From assembly GCA_950097015.1 (NCBI GenBank), contig CATNEN010000001.1, forward strand, positions 18,414,001-18,478,000: DNA of 64,000 nucleotides. Reading direction: 5' to 3'. Below the pieces are notes generated by a model, which saw only the letters and a list, made by a program, of their open reading frames with translations, was not told the origin of the DNA and did no database searches. Below are positions 28,401-39,175 of this stretch, piece by piece; position 1 is the first letter of the stretch, and each line of letters starts with the position of its first letter. The stretch is from Macrostomum hystrix. Lineage: Eukaryota > Animalia > Platyhelminthes. The position numbers were made by a program, and so were the translations under genes.

Positions 28401-31400
28401 ACCATATTAAGCTACAACCCTACTAGGCTACAACCCCCTACTAGGCTACAACCCCCTACTAGGCTACAACCCCCTACTAGGCTACAACCCCCTACTAGGC
28501 TACAACCCCCTACTAGGCTACAACCATATTAAGCTACAACCCTACTAGGCTACAACCCCCTACTAGGCTACAACCCCCTACTAGGCTACAACCCCCTACT
28601 AGGCTACAACCCCCTACTAGGCTACAACCCCCTACTAGGCTACAACCCCCTACTAGGCTACAACCCCCTACTAGGCTACAACCCCCTACTAGGCTACAAC
28701 CACCATATTAAGCTACAACTCCCTGTTAGGCTACGACCCCGTACAAAGCTACAACCCCCTAGTAGGCTACAAACCCCTACAACGCTACAACCCCCTAGTA
28801 GGCTACAAACCCCTACAACGCTACAACATCCTACAATTAATATTGGTTATATTGTACGAGCTATTGACTATATTATTACTTTCTATATATTCTTGAACCA
28901 ATATGGAGGTTTTTGCAGGGCATTGTTAGTTGTCATGAAAGTTAGTTGATCGTAAAGGGCGAAAATTTTGATCCCTACGACAATCAGTCATTCTGTTTGG
29001 GAGCTATTGGGAAGTAGGCAGCGGGTATTTAAAATAACCCGTGGTATTTCCCAGGTGGAAAGATAACTTGGTTTTCATGTTAACTAAGCGTCCTTTCTCT
29101 TATTCCAAGGCATTCCAAGCAGCCACCAACCCAGCAGGATCTTGGCAGGCGACTCAGGCGGCAGCCAGAAGATGACCAGGGTGAGCATGGACAGCAGGAT
29201 GCAGGGCACCACCAGGATGGCCACGTAGAATGACGGATTGCGCATCATGCGGATGCAGAACTCCAGAATTCTGTACCGCTTCATCACTGGCCGGCCTCGT
29301 GAATCGAAGCCTGTCTCGTTGCGGTAGCTGACAACGCTGCGAATCTGTTTGAGCCGCAGGTCGGGGTCGGCAATGTCAACCTCGTATTCGCCGTCCGTCT
29401 CCCATTCGTTGCTCTTCACGTAGTCATTGTAGTCCACGAATGGCAGCGGCTTTGGCACTGAGTGGGTGGCATTCACCTGAATCTCCGTCAGGGACCAGTC
29501 CAGCATCAGCTGACTCTCATCGTAGGTCCAGGAGCCGAATTTTATGCGGCATTCCTGAATTTTATTAGGGACAGGTGGAAATGACCGATTGAAACACCTG
29601 TGAGTAGGATGAATGGGATAATGACCGATCGAAACTCTTGTGAGTAGGATGAATAGGATAATTATGACCGATTGAAACACCTGTGAGTAGGATGAATGGG
29701 ATAATGACCGACTGAAACACCTGTGAGTAGGATGAATGGGATAATGACGTATTGAAACACCTGTACGTGAGTAGGATGAATGGGATAATTATGACCGATT
29801 GAAACACCTGTGAGTAGGATGAATGGGATAATGACCGATTGAAACACCTGTGAGTAGGATGAATGGGATAATGACCGATTGAAACACCTGTGAGTAGGAT
29901 GAATGGGATAATGACCGATTGAAACACCTGTGAGTAGGATGAATGGGATAATGACCGATTGAAACACCTGTGAGTAGGATGAATGGGATAATGACCGATT
30001 GAAACACCTGTGAGTAGGATGAATGGGATAATGACCGATTGAAACACCTGTGAGTAGGATGAATGGGATAATGACCGATTGAAACACCTGTGAGTAGGAT
30101 GAATGGGATAATGACCGATTGAAACACCTGTGAGTATGATGAATGGGATAATGACCGATTGAACGATTGAATATTATCGCACTAACTCACCTGCGTGTCG
30201 AATGGAAAGTTCAGAATCTTGACCTTGCACGTGCTCTTGAGCAGGGCTTGCGGAATCCAGAGAATCTCTCCGCTGCTCTGCACAACCACTCTGGCTTCGC
30301 GCTTCTCGCGCATGCGTTCATCAGCGCTGAAAGTGTTAATTGATAGGTGGATGGTGATGTCTAACAGGTGGACGGTTGTGTCTGACAGGTAGATGGTTGT
30401 GTCTAACAGGTGGATGGTTGTGTCTAACAGGTGTATGGTTGTGTCTAACAGGTAGATGGTTGTGTCTAACAGGTGGATAGTTGTGTCTAACAGGTGGATT
30501 GTTATGTCTAACAGGTAGATGGTTGTGTCTAACAGGTGGATGGTTGTGTCTAACAGGTGTATGGTTGTGTCTAACAGGTAGATGGTTGTGTCTAACAGGT
30601 AGATGGTTGTGTCTAACAGGTGTATGGTTGTGTCTAACAGGTAGATGATTGTGTCTAACAGGTGGATGGTTGTGACTAACAGGTGGATGGTTGTGACTAA
30701 CAGGTGGATGGTTGTGACTAACAGATGGATGGTTGTGTCTAACAGGTGGATGGTTGTGACTAACAGGTGGATGGTTGTGTCTAACAGGTGGATGGTTGTG
30801 ACTAACAGGTGGATGGTGATGTCTAACAGGTGGATGGTTGTGACTAACAGGTGGATGGTGATGTCTAACAGGTGGATGGTTGTGTCTGACAGGTGGATGG
30901 TTGTGACTAACAGGTGGATGGTGATGTCTAACAGGTGGATGGTTGTGTCTGACAGGTGGATGGTTGTGTCTAACAGGTGGATGGTTGTGACTAACAGGTG
31001 GATGGTTGTGACTAACAGGTGGATGGTTGTGTCTAACAGGTGGATGGTTGTGACTAACAGGTGGATGGTTGTGACTAACAGGTGTATGGTTGTGTCTAAC
31101 AGGTAGATGGTTGTGTCTAACAGGTGGATGGTTGTGTCTAACAGGTGGATTGTTATGTCTAACAGGTAGATGGTTGTGTCTAACAGGTGGATGGTTGTGT
31201 CTAACAGGTGTATGGTTGTTTCTAACAGGTAGATGGTTGTGTCTAACAGGTGTATGGTTGTGTCTAACAGGTAGATGGTTGTGTCTAACAGGTGGATGGT
31301 TGTGACTAACAGGTGGATGGTTGTGTCTAACAGGTGGATGGTTGTGACTAACAGATGGATGGTTGTGTCTAACAGGTGGATGGTTGTGACTAACAGGTGG

Positions 31401-34400
31401 ATGGTTGTGTCTAACAGGTGGATGGTTGTGACTAACAGGTGGATGGTGATGTCTAACAGGTGGATGGTTGTGTCTAACAGGTGGATGGTTGTGTCTGACA
31501 GGTGGATGGTTGTGACTAACAGGTGGATGGTGATGTCTAACAGGTGGATGGTTGTGTCTGACAGGTGGATGGTTGTGTCTAACAGGTGGATGGTTGTGAC
31601 TAACAGGTGGATGGTTGTGACTAACAGGTGGATGGTTGTGTCTAACAGGTGGATGGTTGTGACTAACAGGTGGATGGTTGTGACTAACAGGTGGATGGTT
31701 GTGACGAACAGGTGGATGGTGATGTCTAACAGGTGAATGGTTGTGACTAACAGGTGGATGGTGATGTCTAACAGGTGGATGGTTGTGTCTGACAGGTGGA
31801 TGGTTGTGACTAACAGGTGGATGGTGATGTCTAACAGGTGGATGGTTGTGTCTGACAGGTGGATGGTTGTGACTAACAGGTGGATGGTTGTGTCTAACAG
31901 GTGGATGGTTGTGTCTGACAGGTGGATGGTTGTGACTAACAGGTGGATGGTTGTGTCTAACAGGTGGATGGTTGTGACTAACAGGTGGATGGTTGTGTCT
32001 AACAGGTGGATGGTTGTGACTAACAGGTGGATGGTTGTGACTAACAGGTGGATGGTTGTGACTAACAGGTGGATGGTTGTGACTATAATCAGGTGGATGG
32101 TTGTGACTAACAGGTGGATGGTTGTGACTAACAAGTGGATGGTTGTGACTAACAGGTGGATGGTTGTGACTAACAGGTGGATGGTTGTGACTAACAGGTG
32201 GATGGTTGTGACTATAATCAGGTGGATGGTTGTGACTAACAGGTGGATGGTTGTGACTAACAAGTGGATGGTTGTGACTAACAGGTGGATGGTTGTGACT
32301 AACAGGTGGATGGTTGTGACTAACAGGTGGATGGTTGTGACTACTAGGTGGATGGTTGTGACTAACAGGTGGATGGTTGTGACTATAATCAGGTGGATGG
32401 TTGTGACTAACAGGTGGATGGTTGTGTCTAAAAAGTGGATGGTTGTGTCTAACAGGTGGACGGTTGTGTCTAACAGGTGGACGGTTGTGTCTAACAGGTA
32501 CAGTTTCAAGTCGTAGAACTTATGTGACAATCAGTTCTCACAAGTTATACAGCTTGATGTCGGGTGTCCAAATCTTTGACGGCCGCACACGAATCTGTTT
32601 GATGTCTTTGAATTCTTCGTTCGTCCAGTCCTCCCAGGCTAGGAGGCTGTCCTTCCACGACTTGGAAAGTTTGTATTTTGCGGAAACAGGTATGTTAATA
32701 CGTACGCCTGTTTGGCATCAACACTGGCTAACACGTTAATTTCGTCCGAATGTTGTACAGGCATCTAAACGCGTTATTTCATGTTATAGCTTTGGATTGA
32801 TTAGCTTATTCTTTTGACACTTAACTGCCTCAAACCCAGGGGCTGCAACAATCTAACTCGAACTCTGCTTGCTTAGGTTTTCCTAAAAAGTAGGTAATTA
32901 AAAGTACATTAGTTTAATGAGAAATTATCGATCGGGAACTTTCCTCTCACTCATTGATAAACCTTTGTTTCATACCATCTCCAAAATGAGTGTGCTGAGC
33001 TAGATTGTTCACGAGGTAGTCAGCAGAAGCCTGTGTCAGCCAGTGCAGCTTTAAGCCATACATGGCCTTCTTGTTGGTTATGTACTGCTTCACTAGCAAC
33101 CTGCCCTTGTACAGAACTAAATTCTTATCAACGAACTCTTCAGTATTCATCCATTCGCACAGTTGTGAGACAATGTGATGCGTAACAGACGTGGTCCACA
33201 GCTTCGCCACAGGTGACACTTCGCCCCGACTTTCGCATCGTCGGGCAGTGTAATTTTTTGCCTTGGGGTCTGGGGAGAACGAAAAAGCCCAAGCATTCTC
33301 CCCAAGGCTGCACTAAAAATGAATGTGGCCTCGCCGTGGAGTCGAGCTCATGAACCCTGTAGTGCACTGCGTTGCCCTGTCCCTCCCACGCGGGCATAGT
33401 CAACGTGCACTGCTCTTGGCACGTACTGTATGTATGCACGCACTGTTGCGTAATGCGCTCATGGCTGGACTGCACGTCGGCCTGCCTGCACTGGACGGCA
33501 CTATATAACAACTCAAATATACGGCCCAAGAGGCCACGTTCCTTTCTCACTCAACTGCACTACAATGGCATCGCAAGTCAGTATTCAAACCCCACCCGCA
33601 CTGGACCTGCGCACGGACCCTAGCACAGCCCAGACAAAATGGAAGAAATGGCTCGCCCAGTTCCAGCTGTTCGCGGTCGCCGCAGGCATCGACGACAAGA
33701 AGCGGCTGCGCCAGCTGCTACTGTACACCGCCGGCGAGGACCTGCAGGCGATCGCGGCCGGCCTCACCAACGAGGCGGCGGGCAAGGACATCGATACACT
33801 CGTTGTCGCGCTCAATCAGCACTTCGACGGCAAGCGGAATCTGCCGTTCACCCGCTACCAGTTCAGGCTCTGCACTCAGCGCCCCGGTGAGCCCATAGAC
33901 GACTGGCTCCAGCGCCTCAAGGACGCCGCCGACTGCTGCGCCTTCGGTGACCTGCGAGAGTCTCTGATCCGTGATCAGGTGATTGCCTGCTGCAGCTCCG
34001 ACCAGCTCCGTCGAAAGCTGCTAGCCATCGACAACGTGGACCTGGAGCATTCTCTCCAAGGCTGCACTAAAAATGAATGTGGCCTCGCCGTGGAGTCGAG
34101 CTCATGAACCCCCCAAGCATTCTCCCCAAGGCTGCACTAAAAATGAATGTGGCCTCGCCGTGGAGTCGAGCTCATGAACCCCCCAAGCATTCTCCCCAAG
34201 GCTGCACTAAAAATGAATGTGGCCTCGCCGTGGAGTCCAAGCATTCTCCCCAAGGCTGCACTAAAAATGAATGTGGCCTCGCCGTGGAGTCGAGCTCATG
34301 AACCCCCCAAGCATTCTCCCCAAGGCTGCACTAAAAATGAATGTGGCCTCGCCGTGGAGTCGAGCTCATGAACCCCCCAAGCATTCTCCCCAAGGCTGCA

Positions 34401-36844
34401 CTAAAAATGAATGTGGCCTCGCCGTGGAGTCGAGCTCATGAACCCCCCAAGCATTCTCTCCAAGGCTGCACTAAAAATGAATGTGGCCTCGCCGTGGAGT
34501 CGAGCTCATGAACCCCCCAAGCATTCTCCCCAAGGCTGCACTAAAAATGAATGTGGCCTCGCCGTGGAGTCCAAGCATTCTCCCCAAGGCTGCACTAAAA
34601 ATGAATGTGGCCTCGCCGTGGAGTCGAGCTCATGAACCCCCCAAGCATTCTCCCCAAGGCTGCACTAAAAATGAATGTGGCCTCGCCGTGGAGTCGAGCT
34701 CATGAACCCCCCAAGCATTCTCTCCAAGGCTGCACTAAAAATGAATGTGGCCTCGCCGTGGAGTCGAGCTCATGAACCCCCCAAGCATTCTCCCCAAGGC
34801 TGCACTAAAAATGAATGTGGCCTCGCCGTGGAGTCGAGCTCATGAACCTTGTTTCGAGGGGCGAACGCGTCAAGCGCTCTGTCACTCACCATCTTCTACG
34901 ATTATCTAATCCTGAGTAGCAATACCGACTAAAATATGGGCACCTAGCTCGTACAAGCTAATTAGTCTAGGCCCAAGCGAGAGCACATGTTGGCTTCCAG
35001 AAGCTCACAAATCTCAGCCAGCAATTCGTGCGCAGTCGCTGCTGGTTCTCCTCCAGATCCAGAATCTGGATCAGTGCCAGCCCCAGCCGCACCGTCAGCA
35101 CCTCGGAGCTGTTCCGCACCGGCCGGCCAACAACGCCCCATTCGGCATAGCGCTGCAACAGCAGCTTAGCTAGTCGCTTCTCGGCTGAGCCTAAAACTCG
35201 AGGCCGTTCGACTGACTCTGAAGATTGGACATCGCTGCTGGCGATCACGTCTGAGAGAGAGAGAGAGTTCAAAGACTACTTCTTGAAAAGCGAGTGATTG
35301 CTTGGAAAAGAAGTGACACTTCAAGGAAAGCGAGTGACAACCTATTTTAAAAAAAGCGAGTGACTTCTTGAAAGCGAGTGACTTCTTGGAAAGCGAGTGA
35401 CTTCTTGGAAAGCGAAGTGTGACTTCTTGGAAAGCGAGTGACTTCTTGGAAAGCGAGTGACTTCTTGGAAAGCGAGAGACACTTCTAGAAAAGCGAGTGA
35501 CTTCTTGGAAAGCGAGTGACTTCTTGGAAAGCGAGTGACTTCTTGGAAAGCGAGAGACACTTCTAGAAAAGCGAGTGACTTCTTGGAAAGCGAGAGACAC
35601 TTCTAGAAAAGCGAGTGACTTCTTGAAAGCGAGAGACACTTCTAGAAAAGCGAGTGACTTCTTGAAAGCGAGAGACACTTCTAGAAAAGCGAGTGACTTC
35701 TTGAAAGCGAGAGACACTTATAGAAAAGCGAGTGACTTCTTGGAAAGCGCGTGACTTCTTGGAAAGGGAGTGACAACCTACTTCTTGGAAAGGGAGTGAC
35801 AACCTACTTCTTGGAAAGGGAGTGACAACCTACTTCTTGGAAAGGGAGTGACAACCTACTTCTTGGAAAGGGAGTGACAACCTACTTCTTGGAAAGGGAG
35901 TGACAACCTACTTCTTGGAAAGGGAGTGACAACCTACTTCTTGGAAAGGGAGTGACTTCTTGGAAAGAAAACGACTTCTTAGAAAGCGAATGACCACTTG
36001 GAAGAGGAGCGGCAATTCAAGGAAAGCGAGGGACACCCTTTTTTTAGAAGCGAGTGACTTCTTGGAAAGCGAGTGACTTCTTGGAAAGGGAGTGACATCC
36101 TACTTCTTTGAAAGCAATTGTGACAACCTACTTCTGGGAAAGGGAGTGACAAAGGGAGTCTGAGAGAGAGAGAGAAAGTGCGAGTTCAGAGACTACTTCT
36201 TGTAATGTGTGTTTTACCTTACTTCTAGGTAAGTGTATAAAACTTTACTTCTTGGAAAAGGAGTGACACTTCAAGGAAAGCGAGTGACACCCTATTTGTT
36301 TAAAAGTGAGTGACTTCTCGGAAAGGGAGTGACTTCTTGACAAGCGAATGACAGCTTCTTGGAAAGCGAGTGACTTCTTGGAAAGGGAGCTACACCCTAT
36401 TTGTTTAAAAGCGAGTGACTTCTTGGAAAGGGAGTGACTTCTTGACAAGCGAATGACTTCTTGAAAAGCGCGTGACTTCTTGGAAAGGGAGTTACACCCT
36501 TACTTCTTGGAAAGGGAGTGACTTCTTGAAAAGCGAATGACTTCTTGGAAAGCGAGTGACTTCTTGGAAAGCGTGTGACACACTCTAGATGTAAGTGGCA
36601 TGTTTACTTCTACACCCTTACTTCTTGGAAAGCGTGTGACACACTCTAAATGTAAGTGGCATGGTTACTTCCTAAAAAACGAGCGAAGTCTACTTATTCG
36701 AGTACACCCTGCGTTCTTCCAAGCAAGTGACATTCCATTTTTAAAGTGTATTAAGATCTCATTGAACTTACCTATTAGCTGAGTCGAAAGCAGCGACAAG
36801 CCGAGCAGCAGCGAACCAAACTGCCAAGCCGCAGCAGCCTTCAT
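22430..36844 (-). CDS. Cys-loop ligand-gated ion channel subunit, nAChR-like non-alpha, predicted anion-selective (ACh-gated chloride channel type), 560 aa
   Basis: Exons on the minus strand: 36844-36772 (signal peptide MKAAAAWQFGSLLLGLSLLSTQLI), 35250-35009 (GRPVRNSS...LIQILDL...NCWLR), 32660-32542 (IWTPDIKLYN), 30326-30191, 29554-29131, 27383-27297 (M2), 25028-24910 (M3), 22912-22430 (M4, EWRTLAQVLDRLFF). Exons 4-5 give the Cys-loop CKVKILNFPFDTQEC (C-x13-C), then GSWTYD, M1 and LPPESPAK. All introns are GT-AG with consistent phases, 1683 nt in total. Confidence 0.93.
22961..23310 (-). mobile_element. tRNA-derived SINE, family 1, copy in receptor intron 7
   Basis: Aligns by eye with 61633-61950 and 63608-63885 (GCCCATTTCGCTGACTCCTGAGCACAC...GTGTACATC...GCGGCTGCGCCCC...GTGGCCTCGCCG). 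It has a tRNA-like head at the high-coordinate end and an (AAT)n tract at the low-coordinate tail end. Confidence 0.8.
25150..25395. repeat. Degenerate ~23-bp minisatellite (GGTGTCAGGAGGAAATGGTGT..), about 9-10 units, receptor intron 6
   Basis: Recurring GGTGTCAG(G/C)AGG core visible in the sequence. Confidence 0.85.
26026..27136. repeat. 19-bp minisatellite GGATAATCTGGAACTGAT(T/G), about 58 units, receptor intron 6
   Basis: Tandem 19-bp period read directly from the sequence. Confidence 0.97.
27770..27958 (-). mobile_element. tRNA-derived CORE-SINE (family 2)
   Basis: The minus strand reads TGTAGCTTAATATGGTTAAAGCG (A box), then GGTTCGATTCTC (B box), then TGTGTCCTTTAGCGAGACACTTAACTCTGCTTTGCTTCAGTTCACCCAGCTGTTAAACGGGTA. 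The last part resembles the MIR/CORE domain (TGTGACCTTGGGCAAGTTACTTAACCTCTCTG..CCTCAGTT..TCATCTGTAAAATGGG, recalled from memory). Confidence 0.8.
27950..28836. repeat. 18-bp minisatellite GGCTACAACCCCCTACTA with interspersed ACCATATTAAGCTACA variant units, receptor intron 5
   Basis: Direct tandem period of 18 bp; the array abuts the CORE-SINE head. Confidence 0.95.
29581..30163. repeat. 40-bp minisatellite GAAACACCTGTGAGTAGGATGAATGGGATAATGACCGATT, about 14 units, filling receptor intron 4
   Basis: Tandem 40-bp period; the same unit occurs inverted at 37443-38205. Confidence 0.97.
30343..32499. repeat. 21-bp minisatellite AACAGGTGGATGGTTGTG(T/A)CT, about 100 units, filling receptor intron 3
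   Basis: Tandem 21-bp period; occupies almost all of the intron at 30327-32541. Confidence 0.97.
32990..33145 (-). pseudogene. piggyBac transposase relic (DDE_Tnp_1_7-like fragment)
   Basis: The translation VDKNLVLYKGRLLVKQYITNKKAMYGLKLHWLTQASADYLVN matches the piggyBac block DE.(L/M)V.(F/Y)KGR...KQYI..K...YG(I/L)K...L....GY. Short and decayed; no TIRs recognised. Confidence 0.75.
33358..34045 (+). mobile_element. Truncated Gypsy (Mag-like) LTR retrotransposon: 207-bp 5' LTR, PBS and gag fragment
   Basis: The LTR at 33358-33564 is bounded by 9-bp inverted ends TGTAGTGCA...TGCACTACA and contains TATATAA. TGG (PBS-like) follows at 33566. The ORF from 33565 reads WKKWLAQF...LLLYTAG...RNLPFTRYQF...QRPGEPID...LIRDQVI...LRRKLL, typical of a Mag-clade gag capsid region. 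No pol or 3' LTR. Confidence 0.85.
34046..34890. repeat. Tandem array of a 70-bp SINE-family-1 segment (12 units, two shortened to 54 bp), ending in the SINE tRNA head
   Basis: Unit CCCCCAAGCATTCTCCCCAAGGCTGCACTAAAAATGAATGTGGCCTCGCCGTGGAGTCGAGCTCATGAAC is homologous to the SINE near 61840-61908. After 34848 the sequence continues as the head (GCGAACGCGTCAAGCGCTCTGTCAC). One more unit lies at about 33288-33357, upstream of the LTR. Confidence 0.9.
35272..36660. repeat. Degenerate 19-27-bp minisatellite (GAAAGCGAGTGACTTCTTG core), receptor intron 1
   Basis: Repeated core with several sub-variants (GAGACACTTCTAGA; GGGAGTGACAACCTACTTCTTG). Confidence 0.9.
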
Positions 36845-37442
36845 GACTAGGCTGCAATCTGAAGCTCTGAGGCTGTTTCCGCTCCGAATTGGCTGCAGAG
36901 TGAGCCGCTTGTGGTATCCTACGAATCTGAAATACCAAATCTTCTATATGGGCTGTCGATTGGGTTGGGCCTTGTTTTATTAGTAGCCAATTGCAGCAGC
37001 TGAAAACCTTTTTGGAGAGCAGTTTCATTTAACCAGAGAGAGAGAGACTGAGAGAGGCACAGAGAGGTGCAGCAGTTGAGATGTGGGACGTGGGAAGAGA
37101 AGTACGGTTTTTGAGTTTCTCAGGCCATGCAGACTGGGGAGTGTTCTCATCGTTGCCAAATTCTTCCCCTGCCCACTTAGCTAAGCATCATCGTGGGAAC
37201 TCAAGAAACTTTGAGTCCAGATAGAAACCAACTCCATCCGTGCCAGTTTGAGTTGGTAGTTGTGTACACATGTTAGCTCTCACACCTGTATCATATACAC
37301 TTACCACTTACTGCTAAATCGATTGCAATTCTGCAAGTTAGCCCCTGTGGTTGGTAACACACACTGGATTCCAGTAGAGAAATAAATTAAATGAACACTA
37401 TGCTGTTCGCAAGCGGACTCAGAAAATCTAAAACTCTAACAA

Positions 37443-38205
37443 TCATCCTACTCACAAGAGTTTCAATTGGTCATTATCCCATTCATCCTACTCACAGGTG
37501 TTTCAATCGGTCATTATCCCATTCATCCTACTCACAGGTGTTTCAATCGGTCATTATCCCATTCATCCTACTCACAGGTGTGTCAATCGGTCATTATCCC
37601 ATTCATCCTACTCACAGGTGTTTGAGTCGGTCATTATCCCATTCATCCTACTCACAGGTGTTTCAATCGGTCATTATCCCATTCATCCTACTCACAGGTG
37701 TTTTCAATCGGTCATTATCCCATTCATCCTACTCACAGGTGTTTCAATTGGTCATTATCCCATTCATCCTACTCACAGGTGTTTTCAATCGGTCATTATC
37801 CCATTTATCCTACTCACAGGTGTTTCAATTGGTCATTATCCCATTCATCCTACTCACAGGTGTTTTCAATCGGTCATTATCCCATTCATCCTACTCACAG
37901 GTGTTTCAATTGGTCATTATCCCATTCATCCTACTCACAGGTGTTTTCAATCGGTCATTATCCCATTCATCCTACTCACAGGTGTTTTCAATCGGTCATT
38001 ATCCCATTCATCCTACTCACAGGTGTTTCAATTGGTCATTATCCCATTCATCCTACTCACAGGTGTTTCAATTGGTCATTATCCCATTCATCCTACTCAC
38101 AGGTGTTTTCAATCGGTCATTATCGCATTCATCCTACTCACAGGTGTTTTCAATCGGTCATTATCCCATTCATCCTACTCACAGGTGTTTCAGTCGGTCA
38201 TTATC
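37443..38205. repeat. 40/41-bp minisatellite, about 19 units; reverse complement of the array at 29581-30163
   Basis: Unit TTTCAATCGGTCATTATCCCATTCATCCTACTCACAGGTG. Confidence 0.97.
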
Positions 38206-39029
38206 CAATTCATCGTGCTCACGAGAGTACGAGAAAATGAAAATCAATGCGATCGATTACTTAACAGTCTATCCCAAATATGACAGACACGTGGTAATTA
38301 TGCATGGCAGTGAATAAAGCCACGAAAGAACCAGTTCGCAATTTTTCTATGCTCCACTTGCTTAAGATCAAACGAAAAAATACTTGAGGTCGCCCCTCAC
38401 AGAAGCATATGAAACCTGTTAGTATAATTAATTCATTTCCCGTGTTTCTGAGCATCTTCTTTTTACAACTTTTAAAAGTGGCCTCTCTGGTTGGCAATGG
38501 ACAAATACGAGATAAAAAACTAAGATAGGAACTAGCTCGTTGAGTTGCCGTAAAGGAATTATAGGCTCGGACTGATCAATAAAATTAATCAAAAACAAGT
38601 GCCAAGATCAACAACAGTTCCCTGTAGAATCCCAAGAATAAATAATCAATTGCGCACTTTTCTCGCGGGTGAGGAGTGGATTGCAGCCCTCGCTAGCTGC
38701 AATCGGGTTCGGAAATTCATCGAATGAGCAGGACTGAGCAAAGAAGCAGAGTCCGCGAGAGCACGAATGGCTGCACCAGCCAAAACCATTCGAAAGTACG
38801 TCCTATAAGAACTATGATCCAATTTGATCTAAATCTTCTATTTACTTTTAAACTCCGTAAGAACAACTATTGGTTCTTGTAGATTATTGTATTACGCACG
38901 TTAAATAACCGGAATTTATTCATGAGATAAAGATGACACTCAATGGGATAGCTTGGATTTTTCAGGGGTTTCTCCTAAGGATTTTCTGGGAGCGCAAACT
39001 TTTGTTGAGACGTACAGCTTTACTGCATG

Positions 39030-39175
39030 CCAGGGTCGTAGTAGCCAGGGTAGCAAGGGTAGGGTAATCTCCCCTCCAATCTGCTTACAAACCTATGTGG
39101 CATCCTGGTAGTGCGCGGCGCCCCCCAGAGGCGTGGCTTCTCTAGCTAGAAAAAAATTCTGGCTACACCGCTCCT
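39030..39175. mobile_element. Possible degenerate MITE
   Basis: Imperfect inverted ends CAGGGTCGTAGTAGCCAG ... CTGGCTACACCGCTCCT around a GC-rich island in AT-rich DNA. No clear TSD. Confidence 0.35.
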
